Shown: piece after piece, positions 51,521 to 64,000 of the stretch
How the letters are laid out: each line of letters starts with the position of its first letter
Numbering within the stretch: position 1 is the first letter of the stretch
Assembly (NCBI GenBank): GCA_030141605.1
Contig: JAQGDQ010000148.1
Coordinates: 248,001-312,000 of the forward strand
Source of the DNA: Tubiluchus corallicola
Lineage: Eukaryota; Animalia; Priapulida
Length of the DNA stretch: 64,000 nt
Direction: 5' to 3'
Notes under the pieces: generated by a model
What the model saw: the letters and a program-made list of their open reading frames with translations, nothing else
Databases searched by the model: none
Told to the model about the DNA's origin: nothing
Translations under genes and position numbers: made by a program

Positions 51521-53822
51521 ACAGTGTCACGTGACTTACATCAAACAAAAAACTACATCTAGCGCCACAAAATACAAAATTGTATAATGCAGTAATTTGT
51601 GTTATTAAAGGAAAACCGAACAATTGATTTGACTCTATCTCATTTCAATTAACTATCCAAAGTATACATTTTTTGCCTATAAAAGTTAGCAGTTGTATTT
51701 GATGTCTCATAATACTGCATAAGTTTTTATTACTTCTATGTTATAATAAACATAATAATTTCATTCTTCTGCATTGACCAAGGCTTAAAATTAATATGAA
51801 AGTCTAGCGACATAATACTCATCGTGAAAGTAAGCCAGTAGATCACAAAGAATTTAAACTGGCATAGAAATGAAAAATACTTTCAGAATCTTCGATATTC
51901 TAGTCGCATTTTAGATAGGTTAATCTTCACAACAGCAACAGCTGAATATAAGCTCGCCGGTGTTTAAGGTGTTTAAATGGCGAAACAAAAGCCCGATTAT
52001 TAAAAAAATGGAACCCGAACCCGGTTTTGAATCTCAGACTTTTAATCACTCAAAAGCATGACTGAATACATCAATCCATCCAAAATTTCTGTAGCTGCGT
52101 TACTAATTTGTATACATTAATTTTGTAACTAATTGTAAACCAAAATAATCCATTGGTCTTGATCACAGGGACCTAACACTCAGTAGATGAGCTTGCGGTG
52201 CAAAAAACTGGTTCGAATCTTGTTTAGGATATAATTTGTTCGTCTTTTAGTCTCGTTTCTTCGCCTAAGTTTGGTTACAAAAATTTGTTATTTTTTTAAT
52301 CAAGTAAGTCTTATTCAAGAGAATGAATGCGTTGATTACATTACATTTACAAACCTTCAATTTCAGTAGGACTGCAATAGTTGGTTTTAGCCATTGAGGA
52401 TTGCTTTTGACTGTGAGTGCTGCAAGACAAAATGTCGGTTTTATCACCACAATGCATTTAATTTCCTTGAACAATATCAATTAACAGTTTTTTATTCGCT
52501 TGTTATAAGATGAGTGATTAATAAAACGACTACACTGTGTAAGGTTACATATGTATACAAGTCGGTTTCACTGACAATACGACAATCGTTGGTTACTCGC
52601 TAGATGAGAAAAATTATAACTTAAAAAATAGAACACCACAGGCAGTTAGCATCATTCGTTATAATTCGCAGGTATAATAAACGCGCTATAGATTTTATTT
52701 TAAATACGAGAGGCGTTAACAGAATGGCGCCTTATTCAATATGTGGATCACAAAGATGAACTAAATGATGTCAATAAATGTAGTTACTTTGAAAGTTGTG
52801 AACGTAGTAATTTGAATGAATTCCTTGGTGAAGTGTTGACACATTAATGAACAAGAAACCACTATAGTTGACAGAATTGTATAAGTTGGCTATGGTGAAA
52901 GTGGCAAGGGCATGATGTAAATGTATGGCTTCGTTCTCAAGGCGTGAATGTCAAACTAGTTAGCGGTAATTTAATATTCATAAAGATTCAGTAGTGACGT
53001 AATTAAGGACGAAGCTGAATGTCACAAATTATTATTTCCAGGTGTAGCAGCACAGCGTTAATTTGTGCGACGTATTTAGAATTCTTTCTGGTGCATGGCA
53101 GCAATAGATGTTCATGTTCTTCTCTTGCTCAAACAACTTTTTTTACGTTATTTTCTATACTGACAATACGGAAAATGTGGATTATTTCCTTTGAATCCTA
53201 AATTAATTGCTTGGCGAGCAATTTCGCCTACACAAATTTTTCAAGCACTTATTAGGTGGGAGTCTAACTGATATAACTAACAGAACAAAGTTTTATTCCC
53301 AGTTATTACGGGTCTCTTCGTTACTCAACGTTTTGATGAAATTGCTGTTTGCATTCTTGCTTCTTGTTACATGCAATTCCGTTTTATCCTTTTCTAGGCT
53401 GCATTAGGTTGATTTGCTGACAAATAATAACGGGCAAAACGGGCCAAATATTATTTGCCTATTTATTTTATTCTCTTATTTTTGTAAGTTGACCAGTGAC
53501 TTTTGCTTGATTTAATTAGGTGGGTATCATTACTTGCAATTAGTTTCATTTGTATGTAATACTGTTTTAGATCATTCGCCTAGTAGTGAAACGAAAAGTT
53601 GCGACATTGCTTTTTGTGTTATAAATAAAAAACAAATAGGTCTAAAGGCGTAACGTTTCATCATAAAACCAAAAGTTAATTTTAAATTTATTTTCATACA
53701 GTAACCCATTGTTTTCGAAAGAACACTACGAATATTTACTGTAAAACGGTTTCTTACATCAATACACCACAAGCACTTACTGAAAGCGACCATTTAAAAT
53801 GAGAACAGCGCAATAGTATTTT

Positions 53823-54630
53823 ACCCTCAACGAGATAAATAGCCGTTAGGCGTTGCTTAACTTCGGTATTTTTTGGCGAAGCTTTCTATGTTTGGAAGTT
53901 TCCCACAAAAAGTAAAAAATATGATGACTTTTAGTTAAAGAAATCGGTTTTTAATGTGATTATTTCGGCAACTTTGTCATGTTAGTAGTCTTTTTACCAA
54001 AAAGTAAGTTGATCATGTCATTCTTTCTACTGCAAAATAACAAACTAGTGATAGAATAATAGAAACAACTAACAAATTTATATTTCGAGCTCTGTCCCAT
54101 TTAATTGTTGAAAAATCAAGTCTACAGTGGCGTGTACCAGACATCCGGAATGCTTATGAGTTATAGGTAAAAATCAATTTGTATTGTTTTCAATGCACCC
54201 GTTTATCTGAAGTACATTATGCGTCATTTCTCCTGCAGCTATTTATTATTGATTTTTTTTATACGCACCTATTCAGCAGGCGGATAACGCATTCAGTATG
54301 TCTGGTAAGCGCCGCTTACGACGAACTAGGTAAAACAGTAACACGCCACAAGTACTTAATGAGTACAGTCACTTAAAAGAAAAGCAAGGCACAGCTCCTC
54401 ACCCTCAACGAGGTAAATAGCCATTTTTTAGCGGGACTTTCTATGCTTAGAAGTTTCTCAATAACAATAAAAATCATATATATTTTGAATGCAATACACG
54501 ATTTTTCTTAGGAATATTTGAGCATTATAACATAGGCGCATCATCCTTTCTACTGCAAGGTAATAATACAGTTATAATGAATCATACCTAGAACATTGTC
54601 CCATGTTAATTACTGACGAAAAATCAAGTC
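53823..54630. repeat. Diverged direct duplication (53823-54122 versus 54401-54630)
   Basis: Shared anchors ACCCTCAACGAG.TAAATAGCC, CTTTCTATG, CTTTCTACTGCAA, TGTCCCAT and GAAAAATCAAGTC. Confidence 0.8.
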
Positions 54631-55184
54631 GATGCCGATTTAAAAATTTATTACTAGATGCGGTCAGCGGAGTCAAAACACGACGAGTTTGTCTCAAGCT
54701 GTTTTCTCTAAATGTTAAAATAAAAATGTAAAGTCATATTTAGATTATGCTACAATGGTTGCGTTTTATACATTTGTAAATCAGTAGCCCTAGTTCCTTA
54801 GTTCTATCATATTAACACGTGCAAGTCTTCCTTTTGAAATATTGGCAATGTCCGCATTGTAAAGTCTTTGGTATCGAGATGCGAAAATTTCAAGGAGACC
54901 AAGGCTTGTATCCTACTTTGTTTGACGCTAATCCTACTATGCTAAAGTTGCGCATCTTGAAACTTCCCTAAAGACACCCGATTCTAATTCCCTACTATAA
55001 GACTTATAGTGTAAAATTCAATATTAGAAAAGCAGCTCCACTGGGGCTGCTTCCACATTCTCATCATACAAAAGCGAAATCATCTAGTTTCAGTTTTTAG
55101 CAGCATTGTTTATTGTTCATTTATCTTGCCAAATGACTGGCTTTTTGATATACGCAATTATTACGTTACCATTAACAGGCTTAC

Positions 55185-55213
55185 CTATTGCAACTCGTCG
55201 TTTCGACTTAGGC
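55185..55213 (-). CDS. Small exon PKSKRRVAI
   Basis: acag| ... TAG|gtaagc, 29 nt, phase 2-1, fits both neighbours. Confidence 0.5.
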
Positions 55214-55947
55214 CTGTCTACATATATTTAATTCGCTCATTATAATCTTCTGTACCAATGAAAAATTACTGACAGCCCTACTACTAGTCTACTAAATCAC
55301 TGCCGAAAATCTGTGACACAAGCTACAACACTGCCAAAGTGAAATAAGCGGCCAGATCATGCTTCTATATAGCATCTGAGCAGACTAGCAGTCTTCAGTT
55401 TTGATTACATCAGTCGCAGAGGCAAAATGCAGTGTGACTCTCCAAAGTACAGAACCTTTCATGGCCGGATTCGCGTTGAATCGATATTTCAGTGTCACCA
55501 AGTAATTGCATCACACGAAAACCACCACCAAGCAATGGTCAGGACTGAATACAATAAACAGGAAGCAGTAAAATGTTTGTTCATGCAACACCTTTTCAGA
55601 CGACATGACAAGCAAGCCTAAATATCCTTGTACGCATGTATTGATCTGCCACCCTCAAAATTCATCATTATTTTGCCCTACATGAAGCGGTTTTGGTCAC
55701 CAGTACAGCGTGAACCTGACCTTAAATGACCTCTCACATCCCGAAATTATAATCTTCCGACTTCTTCGGTACACCCCAACTTCGATTTCAGTTATTTTTT
55801 TGTTATTCAGGGAACATAATCGGTTGATAGCATGATTTAAATGGAGGCAAAATGATGGCAACAGTGTAATTATGGTTAAGTGAAAAAGATAGACTTCGTT
55901 AGAAGCCCTGTGCCTAAGCCTTTCTGCCTAAACTAAACGAAAAAGAC

Positions 55948-56024
55948 TATCATCATCATCATCGTCGCCTTCGTCGTCATCATCATCATCATCATTATGA
56001 TTATGATCATTATCATCATTATTA
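55948..56024. repeat. (CAT)n-type trinucleotide microsatellite
   Basis: Seen directly. Similar short tracts: (GAT)n 7110-7160, (GGT)n 43175-43205, (TA)n 2380-2403. Confidence 0.9.
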
Positions 56025-56304
56025 TGCAAAATCTTTAAACAGGATAAACCTAATTGAGCACGGTGCTGTTTATAAAAGTGCCCTGTGTTCGGAGGCAGTG
56101 CACAACAATAATCAGACGACACTTATGCAAAATTAGATACTTACACAACAAATACAATACTGATTTGATGACGTGTACGACTACAACTTACACACTCACA
56201 TATACTTCAAGTCGTTCACTTCATTTCATTTCGTGCTGAAACTATCATAACGTGTGAAACTAACTGAAACCCGCTTGAAGCCCTCTAAAAACAGATAAAC
56301 TTAC

Positions 56305-56350
56305 GTATCTAAAAATGCAAGTCTATCTGACGATGCATGCTTGAAGCTCC
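56305..56350 (-). CDS. Small exon SFKHASSDRLAFLD
   Basis: ttttaag| ... |gtaagt, 46 nt. Only the phase 1-2 frame is open, and it fits both neighbours. Confidence 0.5.
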
Positions 56351-56473
56351 CTTAAAACGATGAAACTATGCAAAAAGACAAGACGGTGAACAGATTTTCG
56401 CTTTGGCGCTCAGATCATTATGGTTTATACGAAATCCAGTTTTGTTTGTTTTAAATTCATAATTGATTTATTT

Positions 56474-56785
56474 TAACCACGAAGTTTCGCCGATTCAGTC
56501 AACTTTTTCAAATGGACTAAAAACAATGAAATATAATAAATAAACATATATAGGCCCATGCAAGTTTTACAGCAAGAAATAAGATGTTTATAATATTCTA
56601 AAATGAAAATATGTTGAAGAAAAATGTTTGTTTTCCGTATAATTCATTTACATATATTTTTACTTACAGGTTCAGTCACCTTACTTCTGCTGTAAAACTT
56701 GCGTATGTATTTGTGTGTTTATTATTATATTTGATTGCTTTTAGTTCTTTTGAAAAATGACAGGATCAACGAAACGTCATGGTTA
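56474..56785. mobile_element. Inverted-repeat element resembling paired Penelope pseudo-LTRs
   Basis: Arms ~56474-56587 and ~56677-56785 are imperfect reverse complements. Each carries TTTGAAAAA...TGAC...ATC..CGAAAC.TC. Confidence 0.55.
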
Positions 56786-57206
56786 TTATAAATGAATATT
56801 TTCAAGCAACGTGCCATGGTAAATTAATGCAAATTCATAATTGTTCCATTTAATTAATGATCGTTTACTACTCTGCTGAAGACACAACTTTACTTCACAG
56901 TAAAAGATATGAAGCAACTCGAAAACACGTGAAACAATTTCAAGAAGGCCATCTAAGAATATACGAAACCATTATTTTGAAAAAATAGGAAGTCTTATGG
57001 AGGCACGTATAAAAGCCGTCTATAGGTGAAGCTATGTACCCACACAGGAAGTATTTGTAACTCGTCAGCGAATAACCCATTGTTTTAGTGATAACTATAT
57101 GAAGATTCAGAAACACTTTTACAGGCGAGGGAAGCCAAGATTCACTTGGCTACCTGTACACGTGTAAAGACCCACTAGTTACGTGAAACCAAGTAAATTC
57201 ACTTAC

Positions 57207-57309
57207 GAAAGACATTAGAAACATGACGACCCACGAAAAAAGCCCCTTCTACATTTTTTAAACCATAAAGCGAAAGGTGAGATGATGTGACACGTGATAA
57301 CTTATGCAT
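57207..57309 (-). CDS. Candidate first coding exon MHKLSRVTSSHLSLYGLKNVEGAFFVGRHVSNVF
   Basis: ATG at 57309, open to the donor |gtaagt with phase 1 matching the next exon. Confidence 0.4.
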
Positions 57310-57569
57310 CGCAGGAAAATTCACAATATTGATCTGAGGGAGGATAATACTTTTTATGAGGTTTTATGGCTAAGAATTTTAATCGTGTTTTTGGTACTTA
57401 TGTTCTTGCATAAATCCAAGGAACTGAAATTACGAAAAACGATTTCCTCGTTGTTCAGCATTTTTTAAATTAAAAGTTTAGAGACTTTTACTTGTAGAAA
57501 TCTCTTACTTGCTTTAGGCAAGTAGGAAGTTTTTAATTAATGCATCTATTCTTGTCACTAAGAATTATC

Positions 57570-57592
57570 CAAAATGGCCGGTGGGCCTGACT
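57570..57592. promoter_or_regulatory. YY1-like motif (CAAAATGGCCG); candidate promoter of the downstream minus-strand gene
   Basis: The motif lies between the GAK poly(A) candidate and a donor (GCAA|gtaaga, exon end 57509) and acceptor (ctccctcag|, 57333) pair upstream of an ATG at 57309. Confidence 0.3.
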
Positions 57593-57789
57593 GCAAAAAT
57601 AACTCATATTCAGATAAATGATGAATAACATAGGTATGTAACAATACCTTACTAAGTGATAATACCTGTTTAAATAAGCGACTGATTATTTTTTAAGCGA
57701 GTACTGTTACACGTCTGTAAGCCATAGAGATAACAGAGCGAATGAATAATGCCTGCTTTAATTATAGCAGTAAAACTGATAATGTACGT

Positions 57790-60328
57790 TATAGTAGCAA
57801 TTCAATTTATTGTGATTTGCAATAACCATAATCTTTAAATACAATAAAACAACTGTTAACCTAATATATTTAACACCAGATATAATTTATAGTTAACACT
57901 ATACATACATACATGCATTTAACAGGCTAAAGGTGCATGAGAAGCTACATTAATACAGTAATTGTCATGCAGTTTAATTACAATACACCACAGTTATTTA
58001 GACTCATGCACAGCACATTTACAATGAGCTACTTAACACACATGTTGATCTTGGAGTAGGTTATATGTGACTACTGATAAGAATAACTTAATGGAATCAG
58101 ACAGTTTGAAAGAAGCTTAACACTGTGCTCACGTAAAGAAAAAGATGACCTTTCTTTATTCAGTTCATTAAAATTTGGAATTGCAATATCCTAACACCAA
58201 CAACATTCTAATGGAATGTGGAATCATGATTATTTCATACAGAATACATTAAGAGAATTGTTGCCAATCATTGGACACACCATGTGCATGTGTAGAGACT
58301 AAATACAATAATTATCGAACACTCTCAAAAAACAATGCATGAATAACACCATATTTCACTACCACATTCATATTTCTGTAGGTAGTTAGGTTACGCTACA
58401 TAGTTCTGTAACAAATTCTGATGACAGTTTGCTACTCCAATCATCATTATATGTGGAAAATACAACAAATAAGCATCAAGAATGAGTACTTGTTTGGAAA
58501 CCTAGTTCGTTGCAGTTACTTATTGCTGAAAACGTAATTTGTTAATTTTACCACCTTACTTAACAACATGAGCAATAGTAACAATACATTCACAAATATC
58601 AAAAACTGTAGACTGCTATTACATACCATTCAGTAACTTACAATTATTTGCTTCCTTTATTATGTCTGCAAAGTTTGCATAAATATACAGCTCGTGTAAA
58701 ATTACTATCACAATACATCCATGAATGCACAAATTCTAAAACACCCAGTTGTTAATAAGCCGTCAGACAAAAACTTGGTAAGAAATGTGTTTGTACTTGG
58801 TATAAACACCACAGAAGCACAAAATTGGGACTATAGTAGTTAAACTGGCTAACACTCAAGAAGACAATCAATAGGGTGCATAGAATCTCTCTATGTATCT
58901 ATATCTCACTGCCATTTAAATAAGGAATTGCACTGGATATTACGTAGTAAAAACGACAACATGCAGATAAATATAACTTGTACAATTAATTAACAAAATT
59001 TGTAATAATGAAGGTGTTATGTAAGGCGTATATTCTGCTAAGTCTTGTTCTATTATTGTTATACATTGCTATACACGTGTATATAATGTATGCTGAAATA
59101 GTGTTTCACAACTTTAGCAATTATCACAGGAATAAAACACAAGACTTCCAAGCACAGCAAAGTTTAGTTAACCCATCATTGCAATCTGTAATTAAATAAC
59201 AGGTAAAGCTATTTTTTAACAAACATACATCTTTTATCTTGCTTTTGAAAAATGTTTTTCTCTCACACTTTTCACGTGCTTTTAACACAGTGATCCATGT
59301 ACAATCTTACTAATTCATAGTGCAGAATTTATTAAAAACTTACTGATTATGAACTGAATTCTTGCAAACCCTTCATAGAGTAGATAAGATAATAGCAGCT
59401 ACTAAGTCACACTAATTTTCACTTTGTTATACCAATGGTTATCATAAAAAAGAAACAGCTGTATTTGTACTGATGACAACAATTTTAACGAGCTACAGTA
59501 ACGTGTACAAAGTAGCAAAACAGCACAGTAGATGTAATCAAATAAACAAAATTCTCCATAGCTGTGCACTTAAATGCTATAAGCAGTAACTGTGTGCAAT
59601 TGCAACAAACAGTATTTGTTACCTCAATATATCAAAACTAATACAATTGCAAAACAAAAGACTTTTGAAATGAAAATGAATTTCAGTGACACAAGATAAA
59701 CAGATATTCGAAAATCTGTGCTTATTGCATTTCAAAATAGCTGAAACAGCAATTCATCATCATTTTACCTCCTGGCGAATTATGCCACATGAGTGCATTG
59801 TAGGTTAAATAATTAAGTGATCCGGTTTATAGTATAAAAAAGCAATAACATAACAAGTGATTATAGCAGATAATGACTTATTTTCCATAATAACACAGTG
59901 TCTGAGTGATCAACAATTTGCTAGGCTATTACACAGAAGCAATGGCAAACATACACATTTGGTAAGCTAGCTCTTGAGCATCGAATAGTTGTAAGAATGT
60001 ATGCTACTTTCTGGCAACATCTTGTTTAATATCGCACACATATCTAACAAGTATAACAGTTATAACCTACAACAGCTGTAAACAAGTACATATGTAAACA
60101 AGTACACTTACAGTTTCACTGAGAAACGCCTATCTATCATAACTCAATAACAAATGTTAAATTATATCAGCATAATAATATTGCTCAGCAACAATAAGAC
60201 TCTCACAGAATCCAACTTGAAAATGCATGCGGAGGCAATGTTCAACAATATTACAATATTGTAACGCATTCAACAAGATTTTCTTAGGTCAACTGGCACA
60301 GTGTTCTTTAAAGGCTAATCATGGTGTC
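57790..60328 (-). other. Probable long AU-rich 3' UTR of GAK; candidate poly(A) signal AATAAA at 57806-57811
   Basis: Transposon-free, U-rich (on minus) stretch directly after the stop codon, ending near a minus-strand AATAAA. The endpoint is inferred. Confidence 0.45.
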
Positions 60329-63300
60329 CTATCTGTACAGATTCTGCATTCCTGATTCTTCAAACTCACTCCAAGCATCATTTAGTTCAACAAATATCAT
60401 ACGTGCCAACTTCTCTTGTGGCATGCCAGTAAGTTTGTCAGGATGTACAGACAAAACAGCCTTGCGGTACCACTTTTTAACTGCGTCAGCTGTTACCAAC
60501 TCATGCATCCCAACTTCTTTCCACCGAGATTCGCCTTCCCACAAAACTTTGTGCAGAGAACAAAGTAGGGTGCGTATATTTCGTTCTTTTCCGCTTGTCC
60601 ACTCCCGGATCTTCAGTTCATCAGGATCCAGAGTCTCTGCCAAAGCCTCCTTTTGCATTTCCTTGATAGATTTTCCTTCATTTTTACTAGCAGTGGAGGA
60701 GAACCCTTGCCGATTTAGTAGTTCTGCAAACTCATCCTTTGCCACCTGTGGTTTAACGCCAGTATAATTACTAGAAGCAGCCGCCGCCGAAATATTATAA
60801 TTAGGTTTTGAAACTTGTTGCCAAGGTTGTGGAGATGTTTTCTGTGGACTTGTTTTTGGTGGAGGAGCCTGATTTTGCCATAATAAAGGACTATTTGTAG
60901 CAGATCTTGTACTAAAATTACTACAACTGGCACTTTTGCCTAAGCCATCCAAATCAGCAAAAGGATCCAATTTGGCTTTTGCTTCTGTTAGTGTTGGTGA
61001 AACTAAACCAGGACTGCTGGCGTTTCTTGGAATGTTAGCCATGGCAGCACCTAAATGGAGGTTTTTTATGTTATGTGTGTCCCAACTTCCCATCAAATCT
61101 TTATTCAGATCAGAAGATGATCGAGATTTAACTGAAGTTCCACTAAGCATGTCAAATGAACTGTCACCTGTATTGTTCCACACATTTTTTGCATCTGTTG
61201 GACCAAAAATATCACATAAATTGTCAGCATTTGCATTTGCTTGGGCAGAATGATTGCTTAGATTAGAACCAAATGCTACAAAATCATCAGCTGGAGCTGA
61301 CTGGAATGAATCAAAATGATCGATAAGGGGAACATCTTTCACACCAGAGTTTGCTAAGACCTCTGCGTTCGTCAGTCCAGGTGTTATATCGAGCAAGCTG
61401 AACTCATCTGTTGTATGCTGAAGTTCATTAATGCGATTATTACTCAGTTCATCGAAACCCTGCTCAAAGCTTCCACCAAGTAGGTTAGCCTCTAAAGGTT
61501 GTGGTTTTGAGGGAGGGAGCACATCATCAATAATCATATCAGATGCTTGTTGATTGTTGGCAGGGGGGACAGTACTGTCAGACTCCCACATCAAAGAAGA
61601 GAGAAAATCAGTTGTCTTGTCAACAGTCCTTTGTCGTTGAGGAGGAACTTTTGGTCTCGGTGGAGGAGTATCTGGTTTCAACGGCGCTTGTCGTTTAGTG
61701 CTACCTGCTTGACTAGACTGGTGATAAAGCATTTGTTTATTCTGAGATGAAGGAGTTCCAAATTGACTGAGTGCCTGATTCCATTCATCTTTACTAGAAA
61801 AGCAATATTTTGGACTTACGGTTTTGACATTGAAGTTTTCCCATGGTGGAGGTTCAAATCTAGTGCCTTCCCTTTCCCTAACTTCCAATTCTAAGTTCAC
61901 GTGGAATCCTTCCAAATATTTTTCCTTTGAGTCCAAAAGATCAATTTCACATTGTCTGAATTCCAAGCTCTTTGTGTTTTCCTGAATAAAACCGGTATGA
62001 AACTGAATGCGCCACATCTTTATGGAACTAAGTTTGCCTTGAACTTTTCCACCAAAAGTGGATCGTGCATGATACATGACAATAGTAACATCTCCAGATA
62101 CAGATATTTTCATAGGTATAGTGACTTGCCCATCGGCGAGTTCATATGGTTTCATTTTCTCGTATTCCTGAGAAGTAGTCAACACACGTTCTTCTCCAAG
62201 AAATACTTCAATAAATGGTCTACACCCAGTCCTAGCTTTATTAAAAATAGGTACTGGGGTCATGATCAGGTACGCCAGTAGGACTGACTGGTCATGAGGC
62301 AAGACTGTAGGCTCTGATACCATTTCCCCTATATACTGAATGTAACGCTGTTGGGAAGAAACCGTTTCAGGATCACAACGCTTTATAGCAAAAAGGCTTA
62401 GTGCTTCTTCAGCCGTGCGAAATACTTTGCAGAATAAAAGGAATGCAGAAACAACAGTAGCAGAAATGTCTTTTCCATCATTACAGTGCACAACTGCAAC
62501 ATTTCTGCAGTCTTGCTGCAACCATAACAGCATATTTTTACAAATAGCAAATAAGCTAGCTAAAGAGGGAGCTCTGCCAGCAGGCCATCCACATTCAGAC
62601 ACTCTATTGTTGAACTTTGCTGCACGATATGTGCGCTGTGAAAGATTGTATACTGCATAAGTATTGTTATGTTTAGACTCCAAAACATTCCTTACATCAT
62701 CAATATAATTCTTAACTCCTGGCTCTACATTTTCAAATGGAAATGACATCACTACAATGCGACTAGTAATATAATTAATGTCCAACTGCTCTGTCTTACT
62801 AATGCTTGCAGAAACGCTTTGCATGACTTTGCTGGAAGTATCTCTTATATTACGCAAGAAACTACCTGCACCACCCTTAAGTGAACCAAACAGTGCTCCC
62901 ACATCTTGCCCTGGAGGAGGCCGTGCTGCTTGTTGACCATTTCCAGCAGCTTGAAATCTTCCTGAAGATAATTCTTCTTTAGCAACAAATGGTAACCGTC
63001 CCATCACATCAACATCAAGAGAAGAAGCCAGGTCCCAGACTTGCTGCAGAATCTGATTAATTGTCAGTCTCTCCCGTGGGTCTACTTTTAACATGCCCCT
63101 AATTAAATCATGAAATATTGTATATTTCTTATCTGTTGCAGGAATGTTGTAATTACCATTTACAATTCGCAGTTTTGCTGAATCAACGAATGGGTGTTCT
63201 CTGAAACACAGCAAAAATAACACACAACCTAGTGCCCATATGTCAACAGCATGATTTACAGGATAATTCATATATAACTCCAGCATTTCAGGTGCTCGGT

Positions 63301-63958
63301 ACATTGGTGTTGAATGTTTTGCCATTTCATCTTCTGCCAAGCTTCTCTGGATTGCAGTCCAACTGTCATTTGGTTCATAAGTACTAGTTGTAGCACTACC
63401 AAAATCACACAGTTTTATAATGGATTCACTGCTAAGTAAGAAATTTTCTACCTTCAAATCCCGGTGAATTATTGGCGGATTTTGTTCATGCATATGTTGT
63501 ACTGCAGAACACATCTGATAGAACACATGGAGAACTTGACGGCAAGTTAATGACTCTTTATATTCGTTCAGGACATCTACAAGCATGCCGCCTGTACACA
63601 ATTCTGTTAACAATAAGAACTCTGCTTTTCCGTGTCCAGATGTCTTTTTGTCAGTAGATGCTGCTTGTACGTACTCAACTATGTTAGCATGTTTGCCCAG
63701 CAACTTTAAAAAACGGATTTCTTGCATAATGGATTTGCACGTTTCGTCATCAGCTGCCAATAATCTTTTCAGTGCATATTCTTTTCCGCTGGCCACATCT
63801 TGAGCTACAAACACGAATGCGAAACCGCCCTCTGCAATCAACCTTTTAACCCGTAATTTCATGTCACCAAGCTCCACATTATGCCCGACAAAATCATTGT
63901 CTTGGCCTGCACTTGCGCCGCTTATATACTCGAAAGCTGACTTGAAAAAATCACCCAT
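60329..63958 (-). CDS. GAK: Cyclin G-associated kinase / auxilin-2, single-exon CDS, 1209 aa
   Basis: Uninterrupted ORF. It has a NAK-family kinase ([34 protein letters not shown]), a PTEN/tensin-like domain ([23 protein letters not shown]), a C2 domain (CRPFIEV...GDVTI), a low-complexity clathrin/adaptor-binding region (LDPFADL) and a C-terminal J domain (VHPDK). This is the canonical GAK architecture. Confidence 0.97.
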   Translation of the reverse strand: MGDFFKSAFEYISGASAGQDNDFVGHNVELGDMKLRVKRLIAEGGFAFVFVAQDVASGKEYALKRLLAADDETCKSIMQEIRFLKLLGKHANIVEYVQAASTDKKTSGHGKAEFLLLTELCTGGMLVDVLNEYKESLTCRQVLHVFYQMCSAVQHMHEQNPPIIHRDLKVENFLLSSESIIKLCDFGSATTSTYEPNDSWTAIQRSLAEDEMAKHSTPMYRAPEMLELYMNYPVNHAVDIWALGCVLFLLCFREHPFVDSAKLRIVNGNYNIPATDKKYTIFHDLIRGMLKVDPRERLTINQILQQVWDLASSLDVDVMGRLPFVAKEELSSGRFQAAGNGQQAARPPPGQDVGALFGSLKGGAGSFLRNIRDTSSKVMQSVSASISKTEQLDINYITSRIVVMSFPFENVEPGVKNYIDDVRNVLESKHNNTYAVYNLSQRTYRAAKFNNRVSECGWPAGRAPSLASLFAICKNMLLWLQQDCRNVAVVHCNDGKDISATVVSAFLLFCKVFRTAEEALSLFAIKRCDPETVSSQQRYIQYIGEMVSEPTVLPHDQSVLLAYLIMTPVPIFNKARTGCRPFIEVFLGEERVLTTSQEYEKMKPYELADGQVTIPMKISVSGDVTIVMYHARSTFGGKVQGKLSSIKMWRIQFHTGFIQENTKSLEFRQCEIDLLDSKEKYLEGFHVNLELEVREREGTRFEPPPWENFNVKTVSPKYCFSSKDEWNQALSQFGTPSSQNKQMLYHQSSQAGSTKRQAPLKPDTPPPRPKVPPQRQRTVDKTTDFLSSLMWESDSTVPPANNQQASDMIIDDVLPPSKPQPLEANLLGGSFEQGFDELSNNRINELQHTTDEFSLLDITPGLTNAEVLANSGVKDVPLIDHFDSFQSAPADDFVAFGSNLSNHSAQANANADNLCDIFGPTDAKNVWNNTGDSSFDMLSGTSVKSRSSSDLNKDLMGSWDTHNIKNLHLGAAMANIPRNASSPGLVSPTLTEAKAKLDPFADLDGLGKSASCSNFSTRSATNSPLLWQNQAPPPKTSPQKTSPQPWQQVSKPNYNISAAAASSNYTGVKPQVAKDEFAELLNRQGFSSTASKNEGKSIKEMQKEALAETLDPDELKIREWTSGKERNIRTLLCSLHKVLWEGESRWKEVGMHELVTADAVKKWYRKAVLSVHPDKLTGMPQEKLARMIFVELNDAWSEFEESGMQNLYR

Positions 63959-64000
63959 TTTAACTACATTTAAACTTTAAAAACCATAGCAGAAAAGTTA

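Noticed and set aside
60321-63803. Plus-strand ORFs overlapping GAK
   Set aside because: Antisense shadows of a long coding sequence with no recognisable domains.

Overview
AT-rich invertebrate animal (metazoan, plausibly lophotrochozoan; inference) genomic DNA, not prokaryotic. There are two protein-coding loci, both on the minus strand. (1) A complete, intronless 1209-aa cyclin G-associated kinase/auxilin (GAK) gene at 60329-63958 with a probable ~2.5 kb 3' UTR. (2) A highly spliced IRAG/LRMP(Jaw1)/MRVI1-family gene that the ORF track largely misses. I rebuilt it by hand from GT-AG sites with matching phases: about 20 exons from ~28970 down to 1402, probably starting at ~57300, with the 3' end not resolved in the window. 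Its introns hold hAT and Tigger non-autonomous transposons, four LINE remnants, a rearranged 5S rRNA-derived element, an inverted Penelope-like terminal repeat pair, microsatellites and a ~350-bp-unit tandem array. I found no clear-cut new biological system. The best leads are the retrogene-like GAK, the PPxY/TQT motifs in the IRAG-like protein, the exon-like tandem array (one copy lacks almost only A/C bases), the 5S concatemer and several odd splicing signals.
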